A stretch of DNA of 45,903 nt from assembly GCA_903825325.1 (NCBI GenBank), contig CAIKAI010000128.1:1-45903 (forward strand). Direction: 5' to 3'. Under the pieces are notes generated by a model. That model made no database searches and was not told the origin of the DNA. It saw only the letters and a program-made list of their open reading frames with translations. Every line of letters begins with the position of its first letter. Within the stretch, counting starts at the first letter, position 1. Position numbers and translations under genes: made by a program. This stretch comes from Candidatus Shapirobacteria bacterium. GTDB taxonomy: Bacteria > Patescibacteriota > Microgenomatia > UBA12405. Shown piece by piece: positions 9,869 through 16,779 of the stretch.

Positions 9869-10382
9869 AAAGTTTTGGCTATTTTTTGGACTGGTCATTT
9901 TAGTAGTGCTGATATTTGCTAAGGTAATGTCCCAGCCGACAAAAGGGGTGGTAATTAAAAAAAATCAAAGCCCAAAACCCAAAACCCAAAGTAATTTAAT
10001 GGAGTTTAAAGGGGCGAAATATAGTTTTAAATATGTGGACAAATATACTGTCTCGGAAACTGACAACAAGGTAGAGTTGGTCGGTGGGGCAGGAGTACCG
10101 GTGACAATCGTAATTACTTTAAATTCAACCACTGCTGCGACAATTGATGATGTTTCGGGAGTGAAAATGAGACAGATAAAAAATTCTGATTATCAGGCAG
10201 AAAACATGACTTGGAATAATATTCCTGGGTTGTTATTTATCAAGCATGAACCTTATGAGTTAACAGCGTTCTTTTTGGATCAGGGTAAAGCATTAACGGT
10301 GGCCATGGTGGCCAACTCCAATGATGAGGCTGGTTTAAAAACGGAATTTAGTCAACTAATTAATTCGATTCAATTAAACTAA
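9858..10382 (+). CDS. membrane-anchored hypothetical protein (paralogue of 10550-11077)
   Basis: I take the ATG at 9858 (MRSKKFWLFFGLVILVVLIF) rather than the track start at 9819, which lies inside the previous gene. The C-terminal block LTAFFLDQGKALTVAMVANSNDEAGLKTEFSQLINSI parallels RTVFFENKGQLLEVTLTAPANDPKYDQEFQTFLDGL. Confidence 0.6.
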   Translation: MRSKKFWLFFGLVILVVLIFAKVMSQPTKGVVIKKNQSPKPKTQSNLMEFKGAKYSFKYVDKYTVSETDNKVELVGGAGVPVTIVITLNSTTAATIDDVSGVKMRQIKNSDYQAENMTWNNIPGLLFIKHEPYELTAFFLDQGKALTVAMVANSNDEAGLKTEFSQLINSIQLN

Positions 10383-10384
10383 CT

Positions 10385-10543
10385 ATGTGTCAAATAATTG
10401 AAAAAGTTGTGGAAATACTCAAAATAAATCAGCCTAATCCTAATCAGAGAATTGATTATCATTTAACTTTAAAGGGTTGGGACGTCGTGGAAAAGAGAAA
10501 AGCTCCCGGTCCGCCAGAAAATCCCGACAATAAACCAGTATAA
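10385..10543 (+). CDS. possible small ORF (52 aa), unknown function
   Basis: The ATG lies 2 nt after the upstream stop and the frame is open to the TAA at 10541-10543 (MCQIIEKVVEILKINQPNPNQRIDYHLTLKGWDVVEKRKAPGPPENPDNKPV). It is below the ORF-track cutoff and I recognise no homology. Confidence 0.25.
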   Translation: MCQIIEKVVEILKINQPNPNQRIDYHLTLKGWDVVEKRKAPGPPENPDNKPV

Positions 10544-10544
10544 T
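10539..10544 (+). promoter_or_regulatory. -10 box TATAAT, 5 nt upstream of the ATG at 10550 (leaderless-type promoter)
   Basis: Sequence reads gTATAATtagttATG. Confidence 0.5.
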
Positions 10545-10549
10545 TAGTT

Positions 10550-11077
10550 ATGTTAAAAAAATATTTGATAATTGCCGGTATTGTTTTAGTTATCTTGGTA
10601 ATTTTGGGGATTATTTTTGGAGGTAAAAAAATAGCCCTTAAAACTGTACCTCAAACTAGCGATGCGGCTTATATGTTTAGTAGCGATTATTTACGGTTTA
10701 ATTATTTATCAAAATATACAGAGGTAAAAGTTCCGACGACGGATGGACGAGTATTAGTCAACATTAAAATGACTAGCAACGATGGCCAAATGTTGCTTTA
10801 TTTGGCAAATGCGACCCAAGAATTAGATCAGGTGTCAGAAGTGCTGATGCGCCGAGCGACGACTTGGCAATATTCGGAAGAGGTGGCGCGAATGGGTGAA
10901 CTACGGGGGCTATTATTTCGGACAGCAGATAAAAAAGAGAGAACAGTATTTTTTGAAAATAAAGGCCAGTTATTGGAAGTTACTTTGACTGCCCCGGCCA
11001 ATGATCCAAAATATGATCAAGAATTTCAAACCTTTCTCGATGGTTTAAATTGGAACACAGATGGGTTTGCAAAGTAG
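10550..11077 (+). CDS. membrane-anchored hypothetical protein (paralogue of 9858-10382)
   Basis: N-terminal TM YLIIAGIVLVILVILGIIFGG and a conserved C-terminal block shared with 9858-10382. Confidence 0.7.
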   Translation: MLKKYLIIAGIVLVILVILGIIFGGKKIALKTVPQTSDAAYMFSSDYLRFNYLSKYTEVKVPTTDGRVLVNIKMTSNDGQMLLYLANATQELDQVSEVLMRRATTWQYSEEVARMGELRGLLFRTADKKERTVFFENKGQLLEVTLTAPANDPKYDQEFQTFLDGLNWNTDGFAK

Positions 11078-11122
11078 GGTTGTGGTTGTTAAAACTATTT
11101 TAATTGTAAATTAAGCTTGATG

Positions 11123-11131
11123 TGATATATT
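11123..11131 (+). promoter_or_regulatory. extended -10 (TGaTATATT), 9 nt upstream of the ATG at 11141
   Basis: Sequence reads tgTGaTATATTtaggtaattATG. Confidence 0.35.
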
Positions 11132-11140
11132 TAGGTAATT

Positions 11141-12124
11141 ATGACAATGGACAATAAGACGAACCAAGTTAATCCAAATTTTGATCAACAAAGACAAGCA
11201 ATATGGAATATTCATACCCAGGGATTGTGTCATACCTTAAATAATAGAGATAGAATTTATTTGGATGGGGACGTATCGCGTCTGATGTCAAGTGGTTTGT
11301 CTCCAGAAGGTCTTTCAGTTGAAAAATGGAGGGGTTTGGTGGAAACGGCAGTTAAGGTAAATTCTATTGCATGCTTAAAAGCCCAACCAATGGGTCATCC
11401 AGGTAATATGACTGATTTTTATGGTGAGGAAACCGGCTTTCACCAATACAATTTATTTAATAGACTAAGTGGTAGTGAGATTAACAACCTATGTAATGAA
11501 AATCCTGCGCTTTTGCCGACTGCTGCTGTAATGGTTAGGGAATTGTGCGAAGTGGATCCAGTCAGGACAGAAGGATTCCAATTAAGACTCAAACAGGTGG
11601 ATGGAAAAATTGATCCTCAGGTTAAAGAAAAATTAGATAATTTTGCGGGTTATAAAAGTAGGTTGGCCCAGCAATTGGTTGAAACAGGTAAGGCAGCATC
11701 GATCGAGGAAGCGACGGTTTTAGTATCGGTAGCGTCGGGTGTGTTCATCGAAAATAGTAATTTAATTGATTCGGCCGATGTTACTTTAGAGACAAGATCA
11801 AGTGCGACTGAACATATTATATTAAATAACATCCAGGCAGCCAAGGAGACTTATAAAGGAGGTTGTTCGTGGTGTGAAAAAATCGAGGTTGATGTTGACG
11901 GCGTCAAAAAGTCTATAGCCGAAGTCATGATGACCGGTAGTGGAGACCAGATTTCACAAATTAGGTTTAATGGTATGGAGGATTTGTATGTCCGGTATGC
12001 AGTTTTGGGTTTTAAGAAAATTATTGAGATGGGGAGGAAAAATAGTAAACGTAAAGAGTTGGAAGCGATGGAAAAGGAGTTGGCCCCGAAAGGTAGAGAT
12101 TTTTTTGGTAATCCAAAAAAATAA
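11141..12124 (+). CDS. hypothetical cytoplasmic protein (327 aa), no recognisable domain
   Basis: Long ORF with no signal peptide or TM segment. It has its own upstream -10 element and a downstream GC hairpin. Confidence 0.7.
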   Translation: MTMDNKTNQVNPNFDQQRQAIWNIHTQGLCHTLNNRDRIYLDGDVSRLMSSGLSPEGLSVEKWRGLVETAVKVNSIACLKAQPMGHPGNMTDFYGEETGFHQYNLFNRLSGSEINNLCNENPALLPTAAVMVRELCEVDPVRTEGFQLRLKQVDGKIDPQVKEKLDNFAGYKSRLAQQLVETGKAASIEEATVLVSVASGVFIENSNLIDSADVTLETRSSATEHIILNNIQAAKETYKGGCSWCEKIEVDVDGVKKSIAEVMMTGSGDQISQIRFNGMEDLYVRYAVLGFKKIIEMGRKNSKRKELEAMEKELAPKGRDFFGNPKK

Positions 12125-12140
12125 ATTTGAGTGGACCATG

Positions 12141-12157
12141 GCCCGCCTGAGGCGGGT
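12141..12157. terminator. GC-rich hairpin between convergent transcripts (possible bidirectional terminator)
   Basis: GCCCGCC-tga-GGCGGGT lies between the end of CDS 11141-12124 and the 3' end of tRNA-Ala. No clean U-tract follows it. Confidence 0.4.
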
Positions 12158-12169
12158 AAACTCCGTCGG

Positions 12170-12240
12170 TGGACTCGAGGGGAATTGAACCCCTAATATA
12201 TCAATGCGAATGATATGTTATACCGTTTAACTACGAGCCC
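12170..12240 (-). tRNA. tRNA-Ala (anticodon CGC)
   Basis: The reverse complement folds as a 71-nt cloverleaf. Acceptor GGGCTCG/CGAGTCC carries G3:U70; D arm GTTA-AACGGTA-TAAC; anticodon arm TATCA-TTCGCAT-TGATA; T arm AGGGG-TTCAATT-CCCCT; discriminator A. CCA is not encoded. Confidence 0.9.
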
Positions 12241-12689
12241 AGTTCTGCCACTATTTTATCAATAGTTTGGTCAATTAGCACTTGTTCATCTTTTGAAAAT
12301 TTTTGGAGAACATAATCTTCGACAGGAACTTGGTTTTGAGGTTTACCAATACCGATACGGATACGATTAAAAGCTTGGGTACCTAAATGTTGAATGACCG
12401 ATTCGACGCCGTGATGACCGGCTGGTCCCCTATCAAATTGCAAACGATACTCCCCTACTGGTAAATCGAGATCGTCGTGAACTAAATAAAAATTGTTTAA
12501 GTCAACTTTATAAAAGTGAACAATTTTTTGAACTGAATCGCCGGCTTCATTCATATAGCTATCGTTGGTACCAAACTTGGTATCGGGCAAATTTTTGGCT
12601 TGAAGAATGTTGGCGGCATAACGGCCGACATTATGGCGGGTAGATTGGTATTTTTTGTCGGGATTGCCCAGGCCGATAATTAGCTTCAT
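12231..12689 (-). CDS. pth: peptidyl-tRNA hydrolase (short, 152 aa)
   Basis: MKLIIGLGNPDKKYQSTRHNVG and HDDLDLPVG...GHHG...RIRIGIG match Pth signature blocks. The last 10 nt, including the stop, overlap tRNA-Ala. Confidence 0.9.
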   Translation of the reverse strand: MKLIIGLGNPDKKYQSTRHNVGRYAANILQAKNLPDTKFGTNDSYMNEAGDSVQKIVHFYKVDLNNFYLVHDDLDLPVGEYRLQFDRGPAGHHGVESVIQHLGTQAFNRIRIGIGKPQNQVPVEDYVLQKFSKDEQVLIDQTIDKIVAELGS

Positions 12690-12695
12690 AGGTGT

Positions 12696-12701
12696 ATTAT
12701 A
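12696..12701 (-). promoter_or_regulatory. -10 box TATAAT, 6 nt upstream of the pth ATG (leaderless-type)
   Basis: Minus strand reads cTATAATacacctATG. Confidence 0.45.
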
Positions 12702-12735
12702 GTATAAATGAACAAACCCTTCCGGCCTTCGGCCA

Positions 12736-12755
12736 CCTTCCCTTGACAGGGCAGG
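12736..12755. repeat. CCCTTGACAGGG-type hairpin element, copy A
   Basis: ccttCCCTtgacAGGGcagg sits within aaacccttccggccttcggccaccttcccttgacagggcaggctaaaat. It is related to the element at 24925-24970. Confidence 0.6.
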
Positions 12756-12801
12756 CTAAAATGGGTTAAGTTATGGATAGATATATAAATAGTATGTAAG
12801 G

Positions 12802-12835
12802 ATAGGTATGAATTAGTTTGATATATATGTTAGCA
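12802..12835. repeat. AT-rich 3'-flank element, copy A (34-nt core)
   Basis: ataggtatgaattagtttgatatatatgttagca matches 42919-42952 at 32 of 34 positions. It ends 1 nt from the ligA stop codon. Confidence 0.8.
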
Positions 12836-12836
12836 C

Positions 12837-14744
12837 TCAAGCAAGTAGACTGCTAAATTCAGACTCGGTGATAATTTTGGTACCCAGTTTCTGAGCAGTG
12901 ACAAATTTGCTTGAATTTGAGGAAGTATCGTTGGTGATTAAATACGAGGTGCTTTTTGAAACAGTTGATTGGATAGTGCCGCCATTATCAACAATGGTTT
13001 GTTCAAGTTGTTTACGTGGAACTGATAAGTCACCAGTAATGCAAAAAGATAAGTTATTAAGTTTTGAGTCACGAGTTACGAGTTTGAGTGTAATTTGGGA
13101 AAGTATGGATTCTATCCATGATTGGCGGAGGGTGATGCCGGCAACGATTTTTTGAGCTAAGGTGATTTGAAAACCAAAGAGTGGTTCGATGCCGGTAACA
13201 GTAATGTTTATGAGCTTTTCGGGAGTATTAAAACCAGCATCGATTAATTGTTGAATTCTTTTTTTAGAAAAATTAGGAATGATGGCGGCGTCAAAGACTT
13301 CAACCAAGGTGAGTGTTTTTTTGGCTTGGATTTGGTGAATGATGTTTTTGGCAGATTTATCACCAAGGTTGTCGAGATTAGCAATATCGGCAATCTCTAG
13401 TTTGTAAAAGTCGCCGGGGAGGCGGATTTTGTTGGCGGCATAGAGTTTGGCAATGGTTTTGTCAGAGAGGCCAAGAATGTCGAGGGTTTGGCAAAAGAGT
13501 TGGAGACAACCAAGAATTTGAGAGAGACATTTTTGGGGATTAGGACATTTTAAAAATTTATCCTCGACAGTTAAAAGAGCTTGGCAATCAGGGCAGTGAG
13601 TGGGAGCGATTAAGTGGCCGGGGTTGACCTTGGTGACCACTTCTTCGATGTGAGGAATGACGTCGCCACGACGACTGATTTTGACTATGTCGCCAATGTT
13701 GAGATCCATTTTTTTGATCAGGTCGTAATTAGCTAAGGAGGCAAAAGTAATAACAGCGCCAGAAAGTTCAATCGGCTCGACTTCGGCCACCGGAGTAATG
13801 TTGCCTAAAGGACCGACTTGCCAGAAGACGTTTTTAATTTGAGTGGTATCGGTGGAAGCGGGAAATTTATAGGCGACTTGGAATTTGGGACGATTATTGA
13901 GCGAGCCCAATTCTTGGGCAATATGTAAATCGTTTATTTTAATAACCAGGCCATCAATTTCAAACGGATAAGCATCACGTTTGGATAATAAAAATTCTTG
14001 GTAAATTTTTTCAATGTCGTCGAAGTTGTGACAAAGAGTTGATTCAACAGTGCTAAAGCCTAATTTATTTAGTAATTTAATTTTGTCAGATTCATCGAGT
14101 TGAGAAGAGACATCAACAGCATAAAGGGAACAATATTCGGCATACTTGGAATCAAGACGTTGGGAGAGGCCTGAAGCGGCATTACGAGGGTTAGAATATT
14201 TTTCGTCGCCGGCTTGATTTAATTTGGTAAAATCTTTTTTGGTCACCATAATTTCGCAGCGAATTGAACCAGTGAAGTCTTTGGGGTTTAAAACAAAGTT
14301 CTTCATCTTAACCACATTTTGGGTGATGATATCCCCCACTACCCCATCGCCGCGGGTAATGGCGTCGACAAGTTGACCGTTTTGGTATTCGATTTCTAAA
14401 GAAATGCCATCACATTTGGGTTGGACGACAAATTCCGGAGAGCCGACTTTTTTAAGCTCAAAATAGTGAACCAGATCGGCAAAGTTGGTAACTTTATTTT
14501 GGGAACCCATGGGCATAACGTGTTTTTTTTTGGCGAAACCCGTGTCAAAATTGGTATTACCGACTTTAGAAAATAGCCGGTGGTGAGGATTTTTTTGTTT
14601 AAGAATCTCTTCGAGGGTGTCGTAGGTGTGGTCGTCCATAATCGGCTTACCACCGGTGTAGTAGGCCTTTTTGGCCGTGACCAGAATTTCGCCGATTTCT
14701 TCGGGAGTTAGTTTTTGGAGATCGAGAGAATCAAGAGTGACCAT
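12837..14744 (-). CDS. ligA: NAD-dependent DNA ligase
   Basis: Adenylation motif KCDGISLE, Zn-finger cysteines (CPDC...C..P.KC), an HhH region and a C-terminal BRCT (FCITGDL...STSYLITND). Confidence 0.92.
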   Translation of the reverse strand: MVTLDSLDLQKLTPEEIGEILVTAKKAYYTGGKPIMDDHTYDTLEEILKQKNPHHRLFSKVGNTNFDTGFAKKKHVMPMGSQNKVTNFADLVHYFELKKVGSPEFVVQPKCDGISLEIEYQNGQLVDAITRGDGVVGDIITQNVVKMKNFVLNPKDFTGSIRCEIMVTKKDFTKLNQAGDEKYSNPRNAASGLSQRLDSKYAEYCSLYAVDVSSQLDESDKIKLLNKLGFSTVESTLCHNFDDIEKIYQEFLLSKRDAYPFEIDGLVIKINDLHIAQELGSLNNRPKFQVAYKFPASTDTTQIKNVFWQVGPLGNITPVAEVEPIELSGAVITFASLANYDLIKKMDLNIGDIVKISRRGDVIPHIEEVVTKVNPGHLIAPTHCPDCQALLTVEDKFLKCPNPQKCLSQILGCLQLFCQTLDILGLSDKTIAKLYAANKIRLPGDFYKLEIADIANLDNLGDKSAKNIIHQIQAKKTLTLVEVFDAAIIPNFSKKRIQQLIDAGFNTPEKLINITVTGIEPLFGFQITLAQKIVAGITLRQSWIESILSQITLKLVTRDSKLNNLSFCITGDLSVPRKQLEQTIVDNGGTIQSTVSKSTSYLITNDTSSNSSKFVTAQKLGTKIITESEFSSLLA

Positions 14745-14749
14745 AAGTT

Positions 14750-14755
14750 ATTATA
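14750..14755 (-). promoter_or_regulatory. -10 box TATAAT, 5 nt upstream of the ligA ATG (leaderless-type)
   Basis: Minus strand reads gaTATAATaacttATG. Confidence 0.45.
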
Positions 14756-14763
14756 TCTAAATA

Positions 14764-14793
14764 TTGACAGATGTCCGTAGTCGGAGATAGAAT
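14764..14793 (+). promoter_or_regulatory. sigma70-type promoter TTGACA-18-TAGAAT, 8 nt upstream of the ATG at 14802
   Basis: Perfect -35 TTGACA (14764-14769) and -10 TAGAAT (14788-14793). Confidence 0.5.
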
Positions 14794-14801
14794 CGCAAAC
14801 T

Positions 14802-14954
14802 ATGAATAAAGAAAAGTCAATCAAAGTGATCCCGGAGATAGGTGCTAAACAATACCCATTGGAATTAGTCCAAATTTCCCTTGATGGTGATCTGTTGCTA
14901 CTTCAAAGAAAAACTGGTGATGAATATTCGGTGCAAAGCCAAACTAAATCTTAG
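14802..14954 (+). CDS. possible small protein (50 aa), convergent with fic
   Basis: ATG to TAG encodes MNKEKSIKVIPEIGAKQYPLELVQISLDGDLLLLQRKTGDEYSVQSQTKS. A near-consensus promoter precedes it in the leaderless configuration. It is below the ORF-track cutoff. Confidence 0.35.
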   Translation: MNKEKSIKVIPEIGAKQYPLELVQISLDGDLLLLQRKTGDEYSVQSQTKS

Positions 14955-14963
14955 TTTCGGAAT

Positions 14964-16097
14964 TTAGACATTAGCTAGACAATAGTAGGCACCTTTGGTG
15001 GAGCCACGTTTTTCACAAACTTTGTCGTCGATTAATTTCTTAAGGTCGCGCCAAATGGTGTCGTCGGACACCATGGGCAATAAGCTTTTGGCATCGGGCA
15101 TACGTAGGCCACCGAATTGTTGCATGTATTCAACTAACTTAATTTGGCGTTCGGTTAAATGAACTTGTTTGCCACCAAGTTTTTGTTTGAATTTAATGTC
15201 GCGGGAAAGGGATTGAACTTTTTCCTTAACTCGGGTTAATTCAATACTTAAAGCTTCGGTGAAATATTCAATCCATTTGGTTAAATTGCGCTTAAAAATG
15301 TCGCTACTTAATTCGTGGGTGGCCTGAATGGTGTTGTAATAACTTTCGGCGTTGCGGTCGAAATATTCTTCCATGGAAAATAAGCGACGGATGTCGTAAC
15401 CTTCAACATAAAGAGGCAGAACGGCAAAAGCGCGGGAAACACGGCCATTACCTTCGATAAAGGGGTGAATGGCGACTAAAATATATTGAGCGATGGCCGA
15501 ACGGATAGCGGGGTGAATTTCTCGAGAATCAGGAAAATTAAGCCAGTCAATTAAATCAGTCATTAAATAGGGAACTTCAATAGCTGGCGGAGGTCGATGA
15601 GCAATTTCCCCAGTGCGGGTGTTTTTTAAAACCACTTGTTGGTGACGGTATTTGCCAAGTTCACTGTCGACAATAATTTTATTGGTGGTAAGTTCATGAA
15701 TTTTTTTAACTATCGACTCGCTGTAAAAAAAAGGTCGATGTTCGTGACTATCAAAATTAGGAATCGATTTTTCCTCAGGTAGGGGCATATTTTTTTCATA
15801 AAGATTCCATAGTTCTTCAAGATAATCGACAACATTGCGGTAGTTGATGACTTCTTGAATGTCACGTTCGGTGGCGGTAACTTGATGGCCTTCGACCAAC
15901 TTGGCGACTTCTTGGAAAGTTAAATCATTACCCTCAATGCGGGTGCCAAAATGAACGGTGCGGACGACGGCGTCTTGCTGAAATTGTTTTTCGTAGGCGG
16001 GAATAAGTGGAGCTTCGTCAATGATGGCTTTGGCGCCTTCGATGATACCAATGTTTTTGAGAATGCGATTATTGATTGAAAAGACCGGTGAAAACAT
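14964..16097 (-). CDS. fic: Fic family protein (AMPylation-type motif) with N-terminal IEGN helix and C-terminal winged-helix-like domain
   Basis: Canonical Fic motif HPFIEGNGRVSR and a Fic_N-like HFGTRIEGNDLT segment. Confidence 0.88.
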   Translation of the reverse strand: MFSPVFSINNRILKNIGIIEGAKAIIDEAPLIPAYEKQFQQDAVVRTVHFGTRIEGNDLTFQEVAKLVEGHQVTATERDIQEVINYRNVVDYLEELWNLYEKNMPLPEEKSIPNFDSHEHRPFFYSESIVKKIHELTTNKIIVDSELGKYRHQQVVLKNTRTGEIAHRPPPAIEVPYLMTDLIDWLNFPDSREIHPAIRSAIAQYILVAIHPFIEGNGRVSRAFAVLPLYVEGYDIRRLFSMEEYFDRNAESYYNTIQATHELSSDIFKRNLTKWIEYFTEALSIELTRVKEKVQSLSRDIKFKQKLGGKQVHLTERQIKLVEYMQQFGGLRMPDAKSLLPMVSDDTIWRDLKKLIDDKVCEKRGSTKGAYYCLANV

Positions 16098-16103
16098 TAA
16101 GTG

Positions 16104-16112
16104 ATTATAACA
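16104..16112 (-). promoter_or_regulatory. extended -10 TGtTATAAT, 6 nt upstream of the fic ATG (leaderless-type)
   Basis: Minus strand reads gTGtTATAATcacttaATG. Confidence 0.5.
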
Positions 16113-16125
16113 CTTTTTTGAAAAA

Positions 16126-16752
16126 TCAATGAGGGAAAAGTGCGGGGATAAAATTTAGGAATAAAAAATCGAGGACGGTTTTGGGGTCGATGTTGGCATT
16201 AATCATTTGAGAAGATTTGATGAGCTGCTTGATAATGTTGACATTTTGAGGATGGTCGACAAGAGTTTGTTGGTAAGCAGAAATTTGATTTTCGATAAAT
16301 GGTGCCACGGTTGTTTTATCTTTGGCGATGTCGTCAGCTAAGGCTAAAGCTTGGCTAATGTTTTGGGGAAAGTTGATAGTAGTTTGTGATTGAGAAAGAG
16401 AAATTAATTTAATCGTTTGACAACGGGAAATAATGGTGGGTAATAGAGCATTAGGTTTGGTGGTGGTTAAAATAAAATAATTATTGTCTCCCGGTTCTTC
16501 GAGGTTTTTAAGTAGAGTATCTTGCGATTCTAAGTTAAGAAGGTCTGCCTGAGGAATAACGACAACTTTAGTGTCGTGAGAATAGGGATGTTGGCTTAAA
16601 AACTTCTTGATTTGGCGGATGTTTTCGACAGTATATTCGGAAACTAAGAAAACATCAGGGTTGTTGGCAACACTAACATGACCAATTTCGGCCAAAAAAG
16701 GGTCGATTTGGGCCAGATTTTGACAGATAACTAGTGTAGAAGGAAATAACAT
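16126..16752 (-). CDS. holB: DNA polymerase III delta-prime-like protein, short form without Walker A
   Basis: VVVIPQADLLNLESQDTLLKNLEEPGDNNYFILTTTKPNALLPTIISRCQ matches the clamp-loader box VII / SRC region. It is only 208 aa and has no GxxGxGK. Confidence 0.65.
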   Translation of the reverse strand: MLFPSTLVICQNLAQIDPFLAEIGHVSVANNPDVFLVSEYTVENIRQIKKFLSQHPYSHDTKVVVIPQADLLNLESQDTLLKNLEEPGDNNYFILTTTKPNALLPTIISRCQTIKLISLSQSQTTINFPQNISQALALADDIAKDKTTVAPFIENQISAYQQTLVDHPQNVNIIKQLIKSSQMINANIDPKTVLDFLFLNFIPALFPH

Positions 16753-16779
16753 AATGTATATTTATTATAGAGAATAATT

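Noticed and set aside
9966-9992. The cccaaaacccaaa simple repeat shared between CDS 9858-10382 and the rpsP upstream region (36120-36148).
   Set aside because: It is a short low-complexity A/C run. A 13-nt match of simple sequence is not convincing evidence of a repeat family.
12125-12169. A partial duplication of the tRNA 3' end (gagtggacc versus ggtggactc) as an integration att-site scar.
   Set aside because: Only about 7 of 9 nt match, and there is no integrase or foreign gene block adjacent.
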